64,000 nt of DNA, from positions 1,120,001 through 1,184,000 of the forward strand of contig OZ242383.1 in assembly GCA_965209155.1 (NCBI GenBank), read 5' to 3'. Each line of letters begins with the position of its first letter. Positions within the stretch are counted from its first letter, which is position 1. The position numbers and the translations under genes were made by a program. Under the pieces are notes generated by a model. It did no database searches, was not told the DNA's origin, and saw only the letters and a list, made by a program, of their open reading frames with translations. Shown piece by piece: positions 19,434 through 29,463 of this stretch. This DNA is from a bacterium. GTDB lineage: Bacteria; SAR324; NAC60-12.

Positions 19434-21031
19434 GCCGAAGCCAGAAGGTTGACAGCTTGAATCATGAGAGCATTCATGGTCGCCGCTGCCCAAGGGGAAC
19501 CTCCACGGTTGCTGGTGTTGGTGATGTGAGCAACCGATTTACATTGAACCAGCTCTGCCTTGCATTCCCTGGCTTCGATAAACCCGACAGGCAAACCGAT
19601 AACCAGGTGAGGATTCCAGTTTTGCATCTTCACAAGCCGCACGGCTTCCATAACCGCAGTCGGCGCATCTCCTATGGCCACTATCACATTGTTCCCCAAC
19701 TGCATCCAGGCACGGCGGATGCCTGCCGCAGAGCGTGTGATCCCCTTTGCCTGCGAGAGTAAACGGGTTTCTTCCTCATGCACTCCACAGAATACTTCAA
19801 TTGCCAATTGGGATAGCAATTTCCGTTTCAAACCACTTTGAACCATACTCACGTCGGTAATGACTCTGCAGCCCGAAATCAAGGCTTGCACACCCACGTC
19901 AATGGCATTTTCAGAAATTATCACATCGTCTGTGACTGAAAAATCTCCAGAGGTGTAGACCAGTCTTTGCAAGATGGGAAGGTGCAATCGCGGGACCCCG
20001 GACCAGTCCCGACCTTGTTCAATGATCTTGAAACTTTCGCTCTCCAAGGGGTGTGGTTGATAGAGTTCCGGTATCGTTCGTTCCGCCTCCTCGTGACTGT
20101 GGACGAGAGGAGCCGTGGTCGAATGAGTATGAGGGTGGAAAAGGGTTTCATGTTTGCCCCTCACATGGAGATGGTGGGCTCGCTGTTCCTTTCCTACTTC
20201 GTCTTCAAATCCGACTATTTGCACCCGGTATTTGCACAAGCTGCAATTCATCACTGCCTTTCCTTCGATTCCTTCTTGCGCTTTTTCCAACCAGACGTCG
20301 GTCACATGTTGATGCACCCCAAGATATTTTGCTTTTAATATTTCAATTTCCGGATGGCGCTCCCTGACCGCATCGGCTGCCTGGTAAATCCGATTGACGA
20401 GGATTCCCGTGAACAAAAAAAAGGGAACGACGATCATTCGTTTGAATCCCATGCCAACTGCAAATTCAATCCCTTCTGCTACCAGGGGGTGCGCCGTTCC
20501 CGAATAACAAACGAAGGAACCTCCAAATCCCATCCCTTCCTCCACCATCCTTGCCAGTTTGTTCACATTTGAATTGATGTCCGGATCCGTCGTCCCTCGT
20601 CCGACAACCACCAGCAATGTTTCTGAACGCTTGAATAACCGGCAGGAATGCGCTTCCGCCTGTACGATTCTTTCCTGGAACAGTTTCAGCAAAAGGGGAT
20701 GGAGTTCCATAGCCCCTCCATATTGGAATTCGATATGCTGAAATTCTCGTTTCATTGCCAGTAATTCGATGGGCATGTCATTTTTTCCATGACTGGCAGG
20801 AAATAAGATAGCCGGGACCATCACGATGCGTGTTGAGCCGAGTTGAATATTTTTCCGTATTGCCGTATCGATAGTGGGGGCGGCAAACTCTAAAAATCCG
20901 TGGGTGACGACTCGCTGGGGTTGTTTCTTTTTCAGTAATGAAATCGCTTCTTCGAATTCTTTCACACCCGCAATATCCCGGCTACCATGACCGGCAACCA
21001 CTATGCCATAACTGGAATTGGAATTTATCAT
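19430..21031 (-). CDS. cbiX: Fused cobaltochelatase CbiX / precorrin-8X methylmutase CbiC
   Basis: GHGSRD, GFLEFA.P, HGKND, MNCSLC, His-rich linker, then ESESF..I, TRSAAG, IGDAPTA, PVGF, GGSP.AAA. Confidence 0.88.
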   Translation of the reverse strand: MINSNSSYGIVVAGHGSRDIAGVKEFEEAISLLKKKQPQRVVTHGFLEFAAPTIDTAIRKNIQLGSTRIVMVPAILFPASHGKNDMPIELLAMKREFQHIEFQYGGAMELHPLLLKLFQERIVQAEAHSCRLFKRSETLLVVVGRGTTDPDINSNVNKLARMVEEGMGFGGSFVCYSGTAHPLVAEGIEFAVGMGFKRMIVVPFFLFTGILVNRIYQAADAVRERHPEIEILKAKYLGVHQHVTDVWLEKAQEGIEGKAVMNCSLCKYRVQIVGFEDEVGKEQRAHHLHVRGKHETLFHPHTHSTTAPLVHSHEEAERTIPELYQPHPLESESFKIIEQGRDWSGVPRLHLPILQRLVYTSGDFSVTDDVIISENAIDVGVQALISGCRVITDVSMVQSGLKRKLLSQLAIEVFCGVHEEETRLLSQAKGITRSAAGIRRAWMQLGNNVIVAIGDAPTAVMEAVRLVKMQNWNPHLVIGLPVGFIEARECKAELVQCKSVAHITNTSNRGGSPWAAATMNALMIQAVNLLASA

Positions 21032-21175
21032 AGGAAAAGTGTGGCTTTTAATAGCAGGAATGACCTGAAAAAAATTGGCTCTTGCTCTACGATATGCTAA
21101 GAATGGTCATTGAGATAACAGTAAATTATCACAAAGGAGTCGCAGAACCAACTGCAAAGAAGGAGGGAAGCCCAG

Positions 21176-22273
21176 ATGGAAAAAAGAACCAGGAAAACCA
21201 AAAACGGTATCGCGCATCGTATTTTTTCCACCAATGGGATCCTGATTGCAATTTTACTGTTGATGGGTTATTGGATTTTTTGGGGAGGAAATAAGCAAAA
21301 TACTGGATCCTTTTCTTTCCAACCGCGCCGCTCGATCGTGGGGATCGGCAATACCCTCAACGCCGATGCGATCGAAAGATTGGGTGTGGATTTAACGGAA
21401 AATCTCGACCCGAAATTGATCCCCTCGCTTGTCGAACAGGCGATGAAAGAAACGGTGCAATCCGGAGTGAGAGAGCAAGAATTCGTCCAAACTCTGGTCA
21501 CCCGTGTTTCCAATAAAATTCGTGATATCAGCACCATTGACTTGAACAACGATGGCATCGCCGACCCGATTCTGGTGGTACCTCAAAACATTTCGGAAGG
21601 TGCGGAACACCTTCAACTTTCCATTCGCGTGCCAGATCCTGCGGAAGTGGCTACTTTACCGGAAGGCGGCGATCAGAATGCCTGGTTGGAAATTGCGGAA
21701 ACGAAGTCGGTCGAAATCATGACCGCTGTTGCCATTAAAGAAAATGATCAAAACATGGTCATTCAATCTGCTCCCAATCCACAAGTTTACAGCGCGCACC
21801 CTCCTTATTATCACCACACCACCAGTCTGACCAATGTGTTGTTGACTTCAATGATGCTCAGTTGGATGTTCTCTCCCGCATTGTACGGTCCTGGATTCGG
21901 ATATGGCTACTATGGAGGGCCATACCGGACAACGTCCGCGATTCAGCAAAACCGTGCGGGCAACTTAAGCAATTTGCGGACGGCAAGAGGTTCCTCCTCT
22001 GCAGCAATCAATTCCAAAGGACAATCGATCGCGTCCAATAATTTCAAGAAGGTTCCCCCCAAGTCCCTCAACCAAATCAAAACCACCCAGTTTCGAGCCA
22101 AAAGTGGACAAAGCGTTTCCCGCGCTGGAGGATTTGGTAGATCTTCCACAGTTCGCAGCGCTCCTTCGTCGAGAAATACCATCCGTTCCAGTTTTTCACG
22201 CCGTCGCAGTTTTGGCAGTTTTGGACGTGGAGGAGTCCGACGCAGTTTTGGTGGTTTTGGTCGCAGAAGATGA
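21176..22273 (+). CDS. Membrane-anchored hypothetical protein with Ser/Arg/Gly-rich tail
   Basis: N-terminal TM, DLNNDG motif, second hydrophobic segment, low-complexity basic C-terminus; GGAGG RBS. Confidence 0.75.
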   Translation: MEKRTRKTKNGIAHRIFSTNGILIAILLLMGYWIFWGGNKQNTGSFSFQPRRSIVGIGNTLNADAIERLGVDLTENLDPKLIPSLVEQAMKETVQSGVREQEFVQTLVTRVSNKIRDISTIDLNNDGIADPILVVPQNISEGAEHLQLSIRVPDPAEVATLPEGGDQNAWLEIAETKSVEIMTAVAIKENDQNMVIQSAPNPQVYSAHPPYYHHTTSLTNVLLTSMMLSWMFSPALYGPGFGYGYYGGPYRTTSAIQQNRAGNLSNLRTARGSSSAAINSKGQSIASNNFKKVPPKSLNQIKTTQFRAKSGQSVSRAGGFGRSSTVRSAPSSRNTIRSSFSRRRSFGSFGRGGVRRSFGGFGRRR

Positions 22274-22376
22274 CAAGCATTCCAGGTAAAAAGGCACAAA
22301 GGCACCTTTGCGCCTTTGCGCCAGTTACCGGTTGTCAGTTCCTTCACGAGTTTCCTTTGCCCCTCTGTCCCCTTGT

Positions 22377-22576
22377 GTCATTCCTGGCCCAGACCAGGAA
22401 TCCAGTTCGCCTTTGTGCCTTTGTGCCTCTGTGCCTTCCCTTTGTGCCTTTGTGCCTTTGTGCCTTCCCTCCGTGCCTTTGTGCCTTCCCTCCGTGCCTT
22501 TGTGCCTTCCCTCCGTGCCTTTGTGCCTTTGTGCCTTTGTGCCTCTGTGCCTTCCCTTTGTGCCTTTGTGCCTTCT
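22377..22576. repeat. REP-like core followed by a TGTGCCTT/CCTCCGTGC minisatellite
   Basis: Many tandem octamer units between convergent genes; shorter copies at 9696-9753 and 58325-58341. Confidence 0.88.
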
Positions 22577-25500
22577 TATTTCGGGGGAACCGGTTCCGAT
22601 TGGTGAAACAGTTTTCGAAAAGGAGCAAGGAAGTCTTCCAGAATGAAATAGATTGATGGGATGAGGAGCAGGGTGATTAAAGTAGCCACTATCACGCCAA
22701 AACCCAGACTGATTGCCATTGGAATGAGAAAGCGAGCTTGTAGAGAAGTTTCCGTGATCATTGGCAGAAGACCGAAGAAAGTGGTGAGGGAGGTGAGTAC
22801 GATCGGACGAAAGCGACGCGTACCACCTTCCATAATAGCCTCTCTCAAGGGAAGTCCGCGGCGACGGGCATTGTTGATGAAGTCCACCAATATCAGCGAA
22901 TCATTGACTACAATTCCCGTCAGCGCGACAATTCCGAGCAGACTGACCAAGCTCAACTGGTAACCCATGATCCAATGCCCGAGAAAAGCGCCGATCACTC
23001 CAAAGGGTATGGCGGACATCACCACGAGCGGTTGAAAGTAACTACGGAACTGCAGGGCCAATAAACAGAAAATTCCAAAAAGGGCAAAGATGGCGCTTTG
23101 GATTAAACTTTCCATGGTTGCCGCCCGGCTGCGATTGCTGCCTGCAAACGAATATTCCAATGCCGGATAATCGTTTGCCAGTTCCGGCAGCACTTCATTG
23201 TTCAGGTTGGCTTCGATTTCACGAGTGTTGGCAATGTTATGGTCGACTTTGGCGGAGACGTCCACAATTCGTTTCCCATCCTCCCGATTGATCTGGCTAT
23301 ACGAATGTCCATGATGGAGATAGGCCAGTTCGGAAAGTAGCATTTCCCCACCCGAAGGGATTTTGACCACCATATCGTCCAAATTTTGACGATATTGCCT
23401 TTCTTCCCTCGGATAGCGCAGCATCACCTTCACCGCATCACTTCCCCGTTGCAAACTCAACACTTCCGTTCCCTGAAAAGCAGATCGTACCTGTTGGGTC
23501 AATCCCAGCGTGGTCATACCCATCGCATTGCCTTCCGGTCTCAGTTGGAGTTGGATTTCCGGTTTACCTTGGGCATCACTGTCCTCGATATCGCTCACAC
23601 CCGGGTATTGGGCCAATATGCTTTTCAATCGCTCTACGGCCTGGGTCAAAGTATTGTAGTCGGGATGGACAAATCGGACATCCAAATCCGAACCGGCACC
23701 CGGGCCAACGCTGAAACGTACGGTTACCGCCTCAGCCCCGGGTATGCTTCCCACACGCCTGTTCCATTTCGCGGCAAATTCTCTGGCAGAAAACCCACGG
23801 ACATCCAAAGGTTGTAGAAAAACTCTGGCATTGGTGAGGTGAGTGCCCCGGTTGCCTCGTCCTCCATGACCTCCAAGGGTGCTGAAAATGCCACGGGAGG
23901 TCGGATGGCCCTGTTGCTGGTCATACTCGGCAATAAGGGTCTGTGCTTCATGGACCAGTTTTTCCTGCGCTTGCCGGGTGACATGTAAGGGCGTGCCAAA
24001 GGGCATGGTGACGGAAGCAATTACCCGGTCTCCTTCAATCCTTGACATAAATGAGAATTTAAGATGCCCTGCCGCAACCGCGCCACCTCCCACAACGAGC
24101 ATGAAAACACCAATAGCCAGGGTTGCGTAACGATATTCAATGGCCAGGTTCAACAACTTGCGATATGGACCTTGGGTGACTTTTTCCATGCCCAGGCCGG
24201 GGTAGGCCTTGATCTTTTCCAGTCTGCCCCAAAACCCTTTATGCTTCCTGAATTTTTTAGAATGGGCCAAATGGGCGGGCAATATATATAGACATTCCAA
24301 CAAGGATACCAAGAGCACGATGACCACAATGATCGGTATCGCTTTTAAGAACTTTCCCATATTCCCTGCAATAAAAAAGAAAGGCATGAAAGCAACAATC
24401 GACGTCAGGATCGCAAACAAGACCGGGCCACTTATTTCGGATGCCCCCTCCACCGAAGCCCTCAGTCTGGACTTACCCATTTCCTGATGAGCATAAATAT
24501 TTTCTCCCACCACGATGGCATCATCCACCACGATTCCCAGCACCAGGATGAAGGCAAACAAGGAAATCATGTTGATACTGACGTCGGTAGCCGGCATCAG
24601 GAGAAAAGCTCCCATGAAGGAAATAGGAATGCCCATACTGATCCAAAAAGCCAGTTTCGCTTCCAGAAACAATGCCAACAACAACAAGACCAATCCCAGC
24701 CCCAGTGCCGCATTTTTAACCAGCAAATTGATCCGCTCTTCCAAACGCAGGGAGTTGTCATTCATAATCTCTATATCAACTCCCGGTGGGATACGTTCCT
24801 TGATACCGGCCAAATCGGCACGCACGATTTCCGAGATTTCTGTGGGGGTCTGATCGCCCACTCGATAAATCTCTACCAGGATGGAAGGCATCCCGTTGTA
24901 GGTGGAAACGGTATCGACTTCTTCAAAACCCTCATTGACCATGCCGATATCTTCCAGGAGGACTTCGCCATCTTCCGTGGAAAGGATGGGAATCCTGGCA
25001 TACTCGGCTGCCGTGTAACGCCGTTCCTTGGTTCGTATCAGGACATCCCCGCCCGAAGTTTTCAGGGTTCCTCCCGGTAAATCGAGAGTCGAGGCTCGTA
25101 TCGTATTGGCCACTTCTTGCATGGTCAGACCATAGCGCTGCAACTGCGCTTGTGGAATTTCAATCGAGATTTCATGATTCCGTACGCCAATCACATCGAC
25201 CTGGGTGATTTTTTCATGACTCAAGAGATCATTTTTGATATTCCCGGCCAGGTCACTCAAAGCCAGCTCACTGACGTTCCCGAATAAAACGAGTTGCAAC
25301 ACCTCCTGCCGGCGACGGACCATGTTCACAATCGGTGCTTCTGAATCTTCCGGTAGAGATGAAATGTTGGAGACCGCTGTTTTCACTTCCTCCAATACTC
25401 GTGGATTGTCGCTTCCTTCCTCGAGTTCTATTCTGAAACGCCCTACCCCTTCGTTTGCAAAAGACATCACGCTTTTAATTTCAACAATGCCTTGCAGCGC

Positions 25501-25707
25501 TTCTTCAACCGGTATCAAGATACTTTCCTCTATATCCTCAGGGGTGGCGCCAGCATAGGGAATTGTGACGTTGATGATATCCAATTCAAACTCGGGAAAT
25601 ATTTCCTGTTTGATGGAATTCACGTTGATAAAACCACCCACCAGGCAAACGATCATCAGTAAATTGGCGGCGACTGGATTTTTAGCCATCCATTCAATTA
25701 ACTTCAT
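22576..25707 (-). CDS. RND efflux transporter permease (AcrB/AcrD/AcrF family)
   Basis: NPVAANLLM, GIVVDDAIVVGENI, GIVVNDSLILVD, RFRPIVLTSLTT..GLLP. Confidence 0.93.
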   Translation of the reverse strand: MKLIEWMAKNPVAANLLMIVCLVGGFINVNSIKQEIFPEFELDIINVTIPYAGATPEDIEESILIPVEEALQGIVEIKSVMSFANEGVGRFRIELEEGSDNPRVLEEVKTAVSNISSLPEDSEAPIVNMVRRRQEVLQLVLFGNVSELALSDLAGNIKNDLLSHEKITQVDVIGVRNHEISIEIPQAQLQRYGLTMQEVANTIRASTLDLPGGTLKTSGGDVLIRTKERRYTAAEYARIPILSTEDGEVLLEDIGMVNEGFEEVDTVSTYNGMPSILVEIYRVGDQTPTEISEIVRADLAGIKERIPPGVDIEIMNDNSLRLEERINLLVKNAALGLGLVLLLLALFLEAKLAFWISMGIPISFMGAFLLMPATDVSINMISLFAFILVLGIVVDDAIVVGENIYAHQEMGKSRLRASVEGASEISGPVLFAILTSIVAFMPFFFIAGNMGKFLKAIPIIVVIVLLVSLLECLYILPAHLAHSKKFRKHKGFWGRLEKIKAYPGLGMEKVTQGPYRKLLNLAIEYRYATLAIGVFMLVVGGGAVAAGHLKFSFMSRIEGDRVIASVTMPFGTPLHVTRQAQEKLVHEAQTLIAEYDQQQGHPTSRGIFSTLGGHGGRGNRGTHLTNARVFLQPLDVRGFSAREFAAKWNRRVGSIPGAEAVTVRFSVGPGAGSDLDVRFVHPDYNTLTQAVERLKSILAQYPGVSDIEDSDAQGKPEIQLQLRPEGNAMGMTTLGLTQQVRSAFQGTEVLSLQRGSDAVKVMLRYPREERQYRQNLDDMVVKIPSGGEMLLSELAYLHHGHSYSQINREDGKRIVDVSAKVDHNIANTREIEANLNNEVLPELANDYPALEYSFAGSNRSRAATMESLIQSAIFALFGIFCLLALQFRSYFQPLVVMSAIPFGVIGAFLGHWIMGYQLSLVSLLGIVALTGIVVNDSLILVDFINNARRRGLPLREAIMEGGTRRFRPIVLTSLTTFFGLLPMITETSLQARFLIPMAISLGFGVIVATLITLLLIPSIYFILEDFLAPFRKLFHQSEPVPPK

Positions 25708-25721
25708 ACATCCTCCAACTT

Positions 25722-25801
25722 AAACCAGGAGTTAAAAACGTGTCATCCCTGGGATCCCGGACTGGATCCGGGACCAGGAATCCAGGGGGATACGGGCGAT
25801 A
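25722..25801. mobile_element. Partial MITE copy (inverted) inside RND operon 1
   Basis: CAGGAGTTAAAAACGTGTCAT..CCAGGAATCCAGGGGGATACGGGCGATA is the reverse complement of parts of 41490-41555. Confidence 0.65.
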
Positions 25802-25857
25802 CTTTGGATGCCGGAATCTTTTTCAGAGATGAGTTTTTTTCGTTTCCGTCCACTTGA

Positions 25858-26913
25858 CTACGAAGGCTTTTGCCTCGAGACCTGTTTTCCTTCACCTTCT
25901 GATGATTTTCTCTGTTTGCCAAGTCTTTGATCTTCGGCTGATTGTCCATCTTTTTCCGCCACTCTCACTTTCAACCCCGAGACAGCGGCTTTCAATGGAG
26001 AAGTGATCAATTTTTCGCCTGCCTGCACTCCATTGGAGATAAAAACTTCATCTTTCTGGATATAGTCTACGACCACTGGTCGAATCTCCAACAAGCCTTC
26101 TTTTTCGAGGTAAACGGTGTTTTGATCCCGCAGGGCATGGGCTGGGATAATGAAAACATTGCGAAAGGTCTGCGCAGGAATCGTAACTTCAACGAAAGCG
26201 CCAATAAACAGTGGAATCGGAGCATTTTCCAGTTGGCGAGAAGCTTTAAACTTAAATGGATCTTGAATTTCAATCAAGAGTTGGCCCATACCGCCTTTTG
26301 ACGTCAATTCGGGCAATCTATGCTGCACGATCCCATTCCAGGCCTGGGTGTGGTTCCCGTAGGTAAACATCACTTTGGCCGGAATATTGAGTTGATTGGG
26401 GATTCTCTGAAGAGGGAGCCGGGCCATTTCTCGCAAGGGAAGATCGACCTTGACTTGCGCCTCATCGCTGCCGATCAGGGTGGCGATCGCAAATCCGGGA
26501 GAGACGAATTGATCTCCGGAGACGTCCACTGCCTGCAGTATGCCATTGAAGGGTGCTTCCACTTCGGTATAAGTCGTATTGAGCCCTGTTGCCGGTTTGA
26601 TTCCAAGGAGGACCTCTTCGGCACGGACGTAACCTCCCTCGACCAGGGAAGGGCTGATGTAATCGACAATCCCGGAAATGGGTGGAGTGAGAATCACCCG
26701 CTTTTTCGCACGGACAATGCCATGCGTTTGAATCTGGATTCTTCGGTTCTCCGGTCTGAGCGAACTGACTTCGACCAGAATTCCTGCAAAAGATTTTTTT
26801 CGAGGGCTGGTTTGGGGCTTGGTGGCATCAAAGTACATCCAAATGGCTCCTCCTGATAGAAGAATGACCACGGGAAGCATTATCTTTGTCAGGAGTCGAA
26901 TCTGTTTTGTCAT
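25858..26913 (-). CDS. RND periplasmic adaptor (MFP) lacking the alpha-hairpin
   Basis: N-terminal TM, lipoyl halves ISGIVD..GGYV..EEVLL and EVEAPFNG separated by only about 10 aa, IPAHAL. Confidence 0.85.
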   Translation of the reverse strand: MTKQIRLLTKIMLPVVILLSGGAIWMYFDATKPQTSPRKKSFAGILVEVSSLRPENRRIQIQTHGIVRAKKRVILTPPISGIVDYISPSLVEGGYVRAEEVLLGIKPATGLNTTYTEVEAPFNGILQAVDVSGDQFVSPGFAIATLIGSDEAQVKVDLPLREMARLPLQRIPNQLNIPAKVMFTYGNHTQAWNGIVQHRLPELTSKGGMGQLLIEIQDPFKFKASRQLENAPIPLFIGAFVEVTIPAQTFRNVFIIPAHALRDQNTVYLEKEGLLEIRPVVVDYIQKDEVFISNGVQAGEKLITSPLKAAVSGLKVRVAEKDGQSAEDQRLGKQRKSSEGEGKQVSRQKPS

Positions 26914-26964
26914 GCCCGTTCAAATTATTCGTTTACGAAAATCTCAGGCAAGGGTTAGGGCATA
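26881..26964. repeat. About 85-bp diverged direct repeat (copy 2 at 27306-27390)
   Basis: Both copies contain the antiporter 3' end (YAL[S/T]LA*), the spacer and the MFP start (M[S/T]K[H/Q]IRLLTKI). Confidence 0.85.
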
Positions 26965-27100
26965 TATGATTCTTTGAATATACCCCGGCGCATTACCGAC
27001 TGTTTCAGGATAACAAAATTCCAATAAAATGTTTATCTTGCATGTATCAGTTTGTAACAACTTGTATAAAGTCTCCAAGATCCTGCGCATTACCAGTCTT
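26965..27100 (-). promoter_or_regulatory. Upstream module shared with RND operon 2 (58029-58159)
   Basis: Highly similar 130-bp segment upstream of both RND operons, containing TGTTACA/TGATACA direct repeats. Confidence 0.7.
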
Positions 27101-27369
27101 AATTAAAATCTACAACAGTCAGTCATCGAATATAGGAACCCTGAATGGGTTGATGGCGAACTATTTTGACAGGCTCGAATAAATCTCAATCACAGACGAA
27201 ATGACCGAAAACCAAGGGTGGTGATAAAATCCCGGTAGCGTGAAAATGCAGCTTTGAGCGATTTCTCGCCGCCGTTGTTCAACCTTCAGGATCAATAAAA
27301 AGAATAATCTTTGTCAGGAGTCGAATGTGTTTTGACATGCCCCGTTCTAATTATTCGTTCACGAAAATC

Positions 27370-28473
27370 TCAGGCAAGGGATAGAGCGTAAAGGACAATG
27401 CCTCCATAAATCAGGAGCATCGAGGCTGATTTGAATTGGTTCAACGTGTATTTATTGGAATAAAAAAAGACAATAGCCACTATTGTAGCTCCTATCAAAG
27501 TCCATAACAATTCTTTTTGAGGCATTTCGATGAGAGTGAATGCCGAACCACTGAAAAACATCACTGCCACAGGAACACTCAAACAAATACAGATATCAAA
27601 GATATTGCTACCAAATACATTAGAGACGGCTGCGTCATAATTGCCACGTTTTGCGCTGAGCACGGAGAGGACGGTGTCCGGTGCCGAAGTTCCCGCGGCA
27701 ATCACTACGAACGACATAATCACCGCATCAATTCCCAGTAAGTTGCCCAAGCCGATCGAGGCTTCCACCAGGACGTAAGAAGCGCCACCCATGACGAGCA
27801 TCATGCCTGTAATCCAGGCCCAGGCTTCTTTATCTCCAGCAATATGCAAATCTTTTTCTTTTTTTCGAGGAGCTTTTTTTTTGAAGGTTTGTTCCTGGTG
27901 ATTCTTGTAATGCTGGTGCAGAAAAATGATATAGGCTACATAGAGGAAAAAGAAAACAGCTGCAATACCGATACTCCACTCCGGCGTTTGATAAACAAAA
28001 AACACCAACATTGTTACTACGAGTAAATAGAAAAGACTGTCGCGCCAGACCACTTCGCGACTGAGCACCAGGGGAGTGACGGCAACTAATCCGGATGCGG
28101 CGGGTATAACAAGTACGTTGTACAATGCCGAACCGGCTACGGTTGCAACACCAATTTCAAATTGACCCAAAACGATCACTGCGATCACGGCAACCGCAAA
28201 TTCTGGAAATGAACTGGCAATGGCATCGATAACCGCGGCTTTGACTGACTGGGGAAGATTGTGACGCGCTTCAATGAATTCAGCAGCCGGTGAAAAATGA
28301 TCCCCTGCCCTCCAAATCACCAGAGAAGTGAGGGCAATCAATGAGAAATAATGAAAGAATTCAATCACAGCGACGGTAAATGGCCAGGAAACAACGGCGA
28401 TGGCCCCCAGGATCAAACAGGGTTTGTAAACATAAGGGCCTGAAAATCGTTGTAATTGGCTGAAAGGAAACAT
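27370..28473 (-). CDS. Sodium:calcium antiporter (CaCA, YrbG-like)
   Basis: Alpha repeats ASSFPE..GSALYN and GTSAPD..GSNIFD; multiple TM segments. Confidence 0.9.
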   Translation of the reverse strand: MFPFSQLQRFSGPYVYKPCLILGAIAVVSWPFTVAVIEFFHYFSLIALTSLVIWRAGDHFSPAAEFIEARHNLPQSVKAAVIDAIASSFPEFAVAVIAVIVLGQFEIGVATVAGSALYNVLVIPAASGLVAVTPLVLSREVVWRDSLFYLLVVTMLVFFVYQTPEWSIGIAAVFFFLYVAYIIFLHQHYKNHQEQTFKKKAPRKKEKDLHIAGDKEAWAWITGMMLVMGGASYVLVEASIGLGNLLGIDAVIMSFVVIAAGTSAPDTVLSVLSAKRGNYDAAVSNVFGSNIFDICICLSVPVAVMFFSGSAFTLIEMPQKELLWTLIGATIVAIVFFYSNKYTLNQFKSASMLLIYGGIVLYALSLA

Positions 28474-28504
28474 GGGGTTTCAGATTCGAATTTTCAAAAT
28501 GCGG

Positions 28505-29137
28505 TTAATCGGAATTTTGAGAGGTGTTCAGTTGTTTTTCTTCTCCCTTCAACAAACGAACCAAGTTTTCCCGGTGTTGGTAGATCAGCAGGGCCGACAA
28601 TGCGCAGAAAAGTAGAAATTGTGGAACAGAAATCATATCTCCCGCCCCCCTTGGAACTATCAAGAACAAGAAAGGCAATATTGCCAACATCACAAGAGCT
28701 GCCAAACTGGAAATGCGTTTCACAAGAAATACTCCTCCCCAAACCAGTGCGGACACAAGGGCTACGGGCCAGTGGAGTACGGTCAGTACCCCGAATAACG
28801 TGGAAATTCCCTTGCCCCCCTTGAATTGCAGAAATATAGAAAATACATGACCACAGACCAAGGCCATGCCCACGCAACTCCATTGGAAGACCAGGATGCT
28901 ACCGCTATCATCGAGCAACCAGGGGCGCGCCATCCCCATAGTCACTCCCCCTTTGGCAAAATCCAGTAAAAAAGTAAAGATTCCGGGTAGTTTCCCCCCC
29001 ACCCGCATCACGTTGGTCATGCCAATATTGCCACTGCCCTTGGTACGTATGTCTACACCAAGCATTCCTTTTCCAATCAAGAATCCAAAAGGAATACTCC
29101 CAACAAAATAGCCAATCAGCAAGAGAAGGTAAATCAT
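28505..29137 (-). CDS. plsY: Glycerol-3-phosphate acyltransferase PlsY
   Basis: GSIPFG, GSGNIGMTNVMR, DFAKG, GH.FS...FKGGKGIST, HRENL.RL. Confidence 0.95.
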   Translation of the reverse strand: MIYLLLLIGYFVGSIPFGFLIGKGMLGVDIRTKGSGNIGMTNVMRVGGKLPGIFTFLLDFAKGGVTMGMARPWLLDDSGSILVFQWSCVGMALVCGHVFSIFLQFKGGKGISTLFGVLTVLHWPVALVSALVWGGVFLVKRISSLAALVMLAILPFLFLIVPRGAGDMISVPQFLLFCALSALLIYQHRENLVRLLKGEEKQLNTSQNSD

Positions 29138-29463
29138 ACCGGAATTGCTTTTGTCAAAGAATGAAGAATTTGAGGCTACCCACTCGATTCGGAAAATGTT
29201 CCGTGGGAGGAGAAACTATATCCAATTTGCGAGTATAGCCCAATTGCTTATCCCGGTAAAGAGAATCAGAATTGAATGCACGATCTATAATACTCTGGCT
29301 ATGTGTCTGTTAACGCCAGGCTGTAGTACTCGGGTTTCGTTCTCACTTCTTTAATGAAATCGGCCACTCCCTTTTCGAAATCCGCAATTAATATTTCCCT
29401 CTTGCTGAAAAATGGGCGCAAATAGGAAACAATCTAACCAACTATTTCACTATTCAATGAGAA

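Noticed and set aside
21032..21175. Cobalamin riboswitch upstream of the cbi operon
   Set aside because: Short intergenic region with no recognisable B12-box motifs
22400..22576. Possible CRISPR array
   Set aside because: Tandem 8-13 bp units without unique spacers, and no cas genes; the 97-bp and 111-bp repeats also lack spacers
22270..22656. Cys/Leu/Pro-rich ORFs (LCAFPP repeats) and a KAQRHGG ORF
   Set aside because: Translations of the octamer minisatellite, open in several frames; not credible genes
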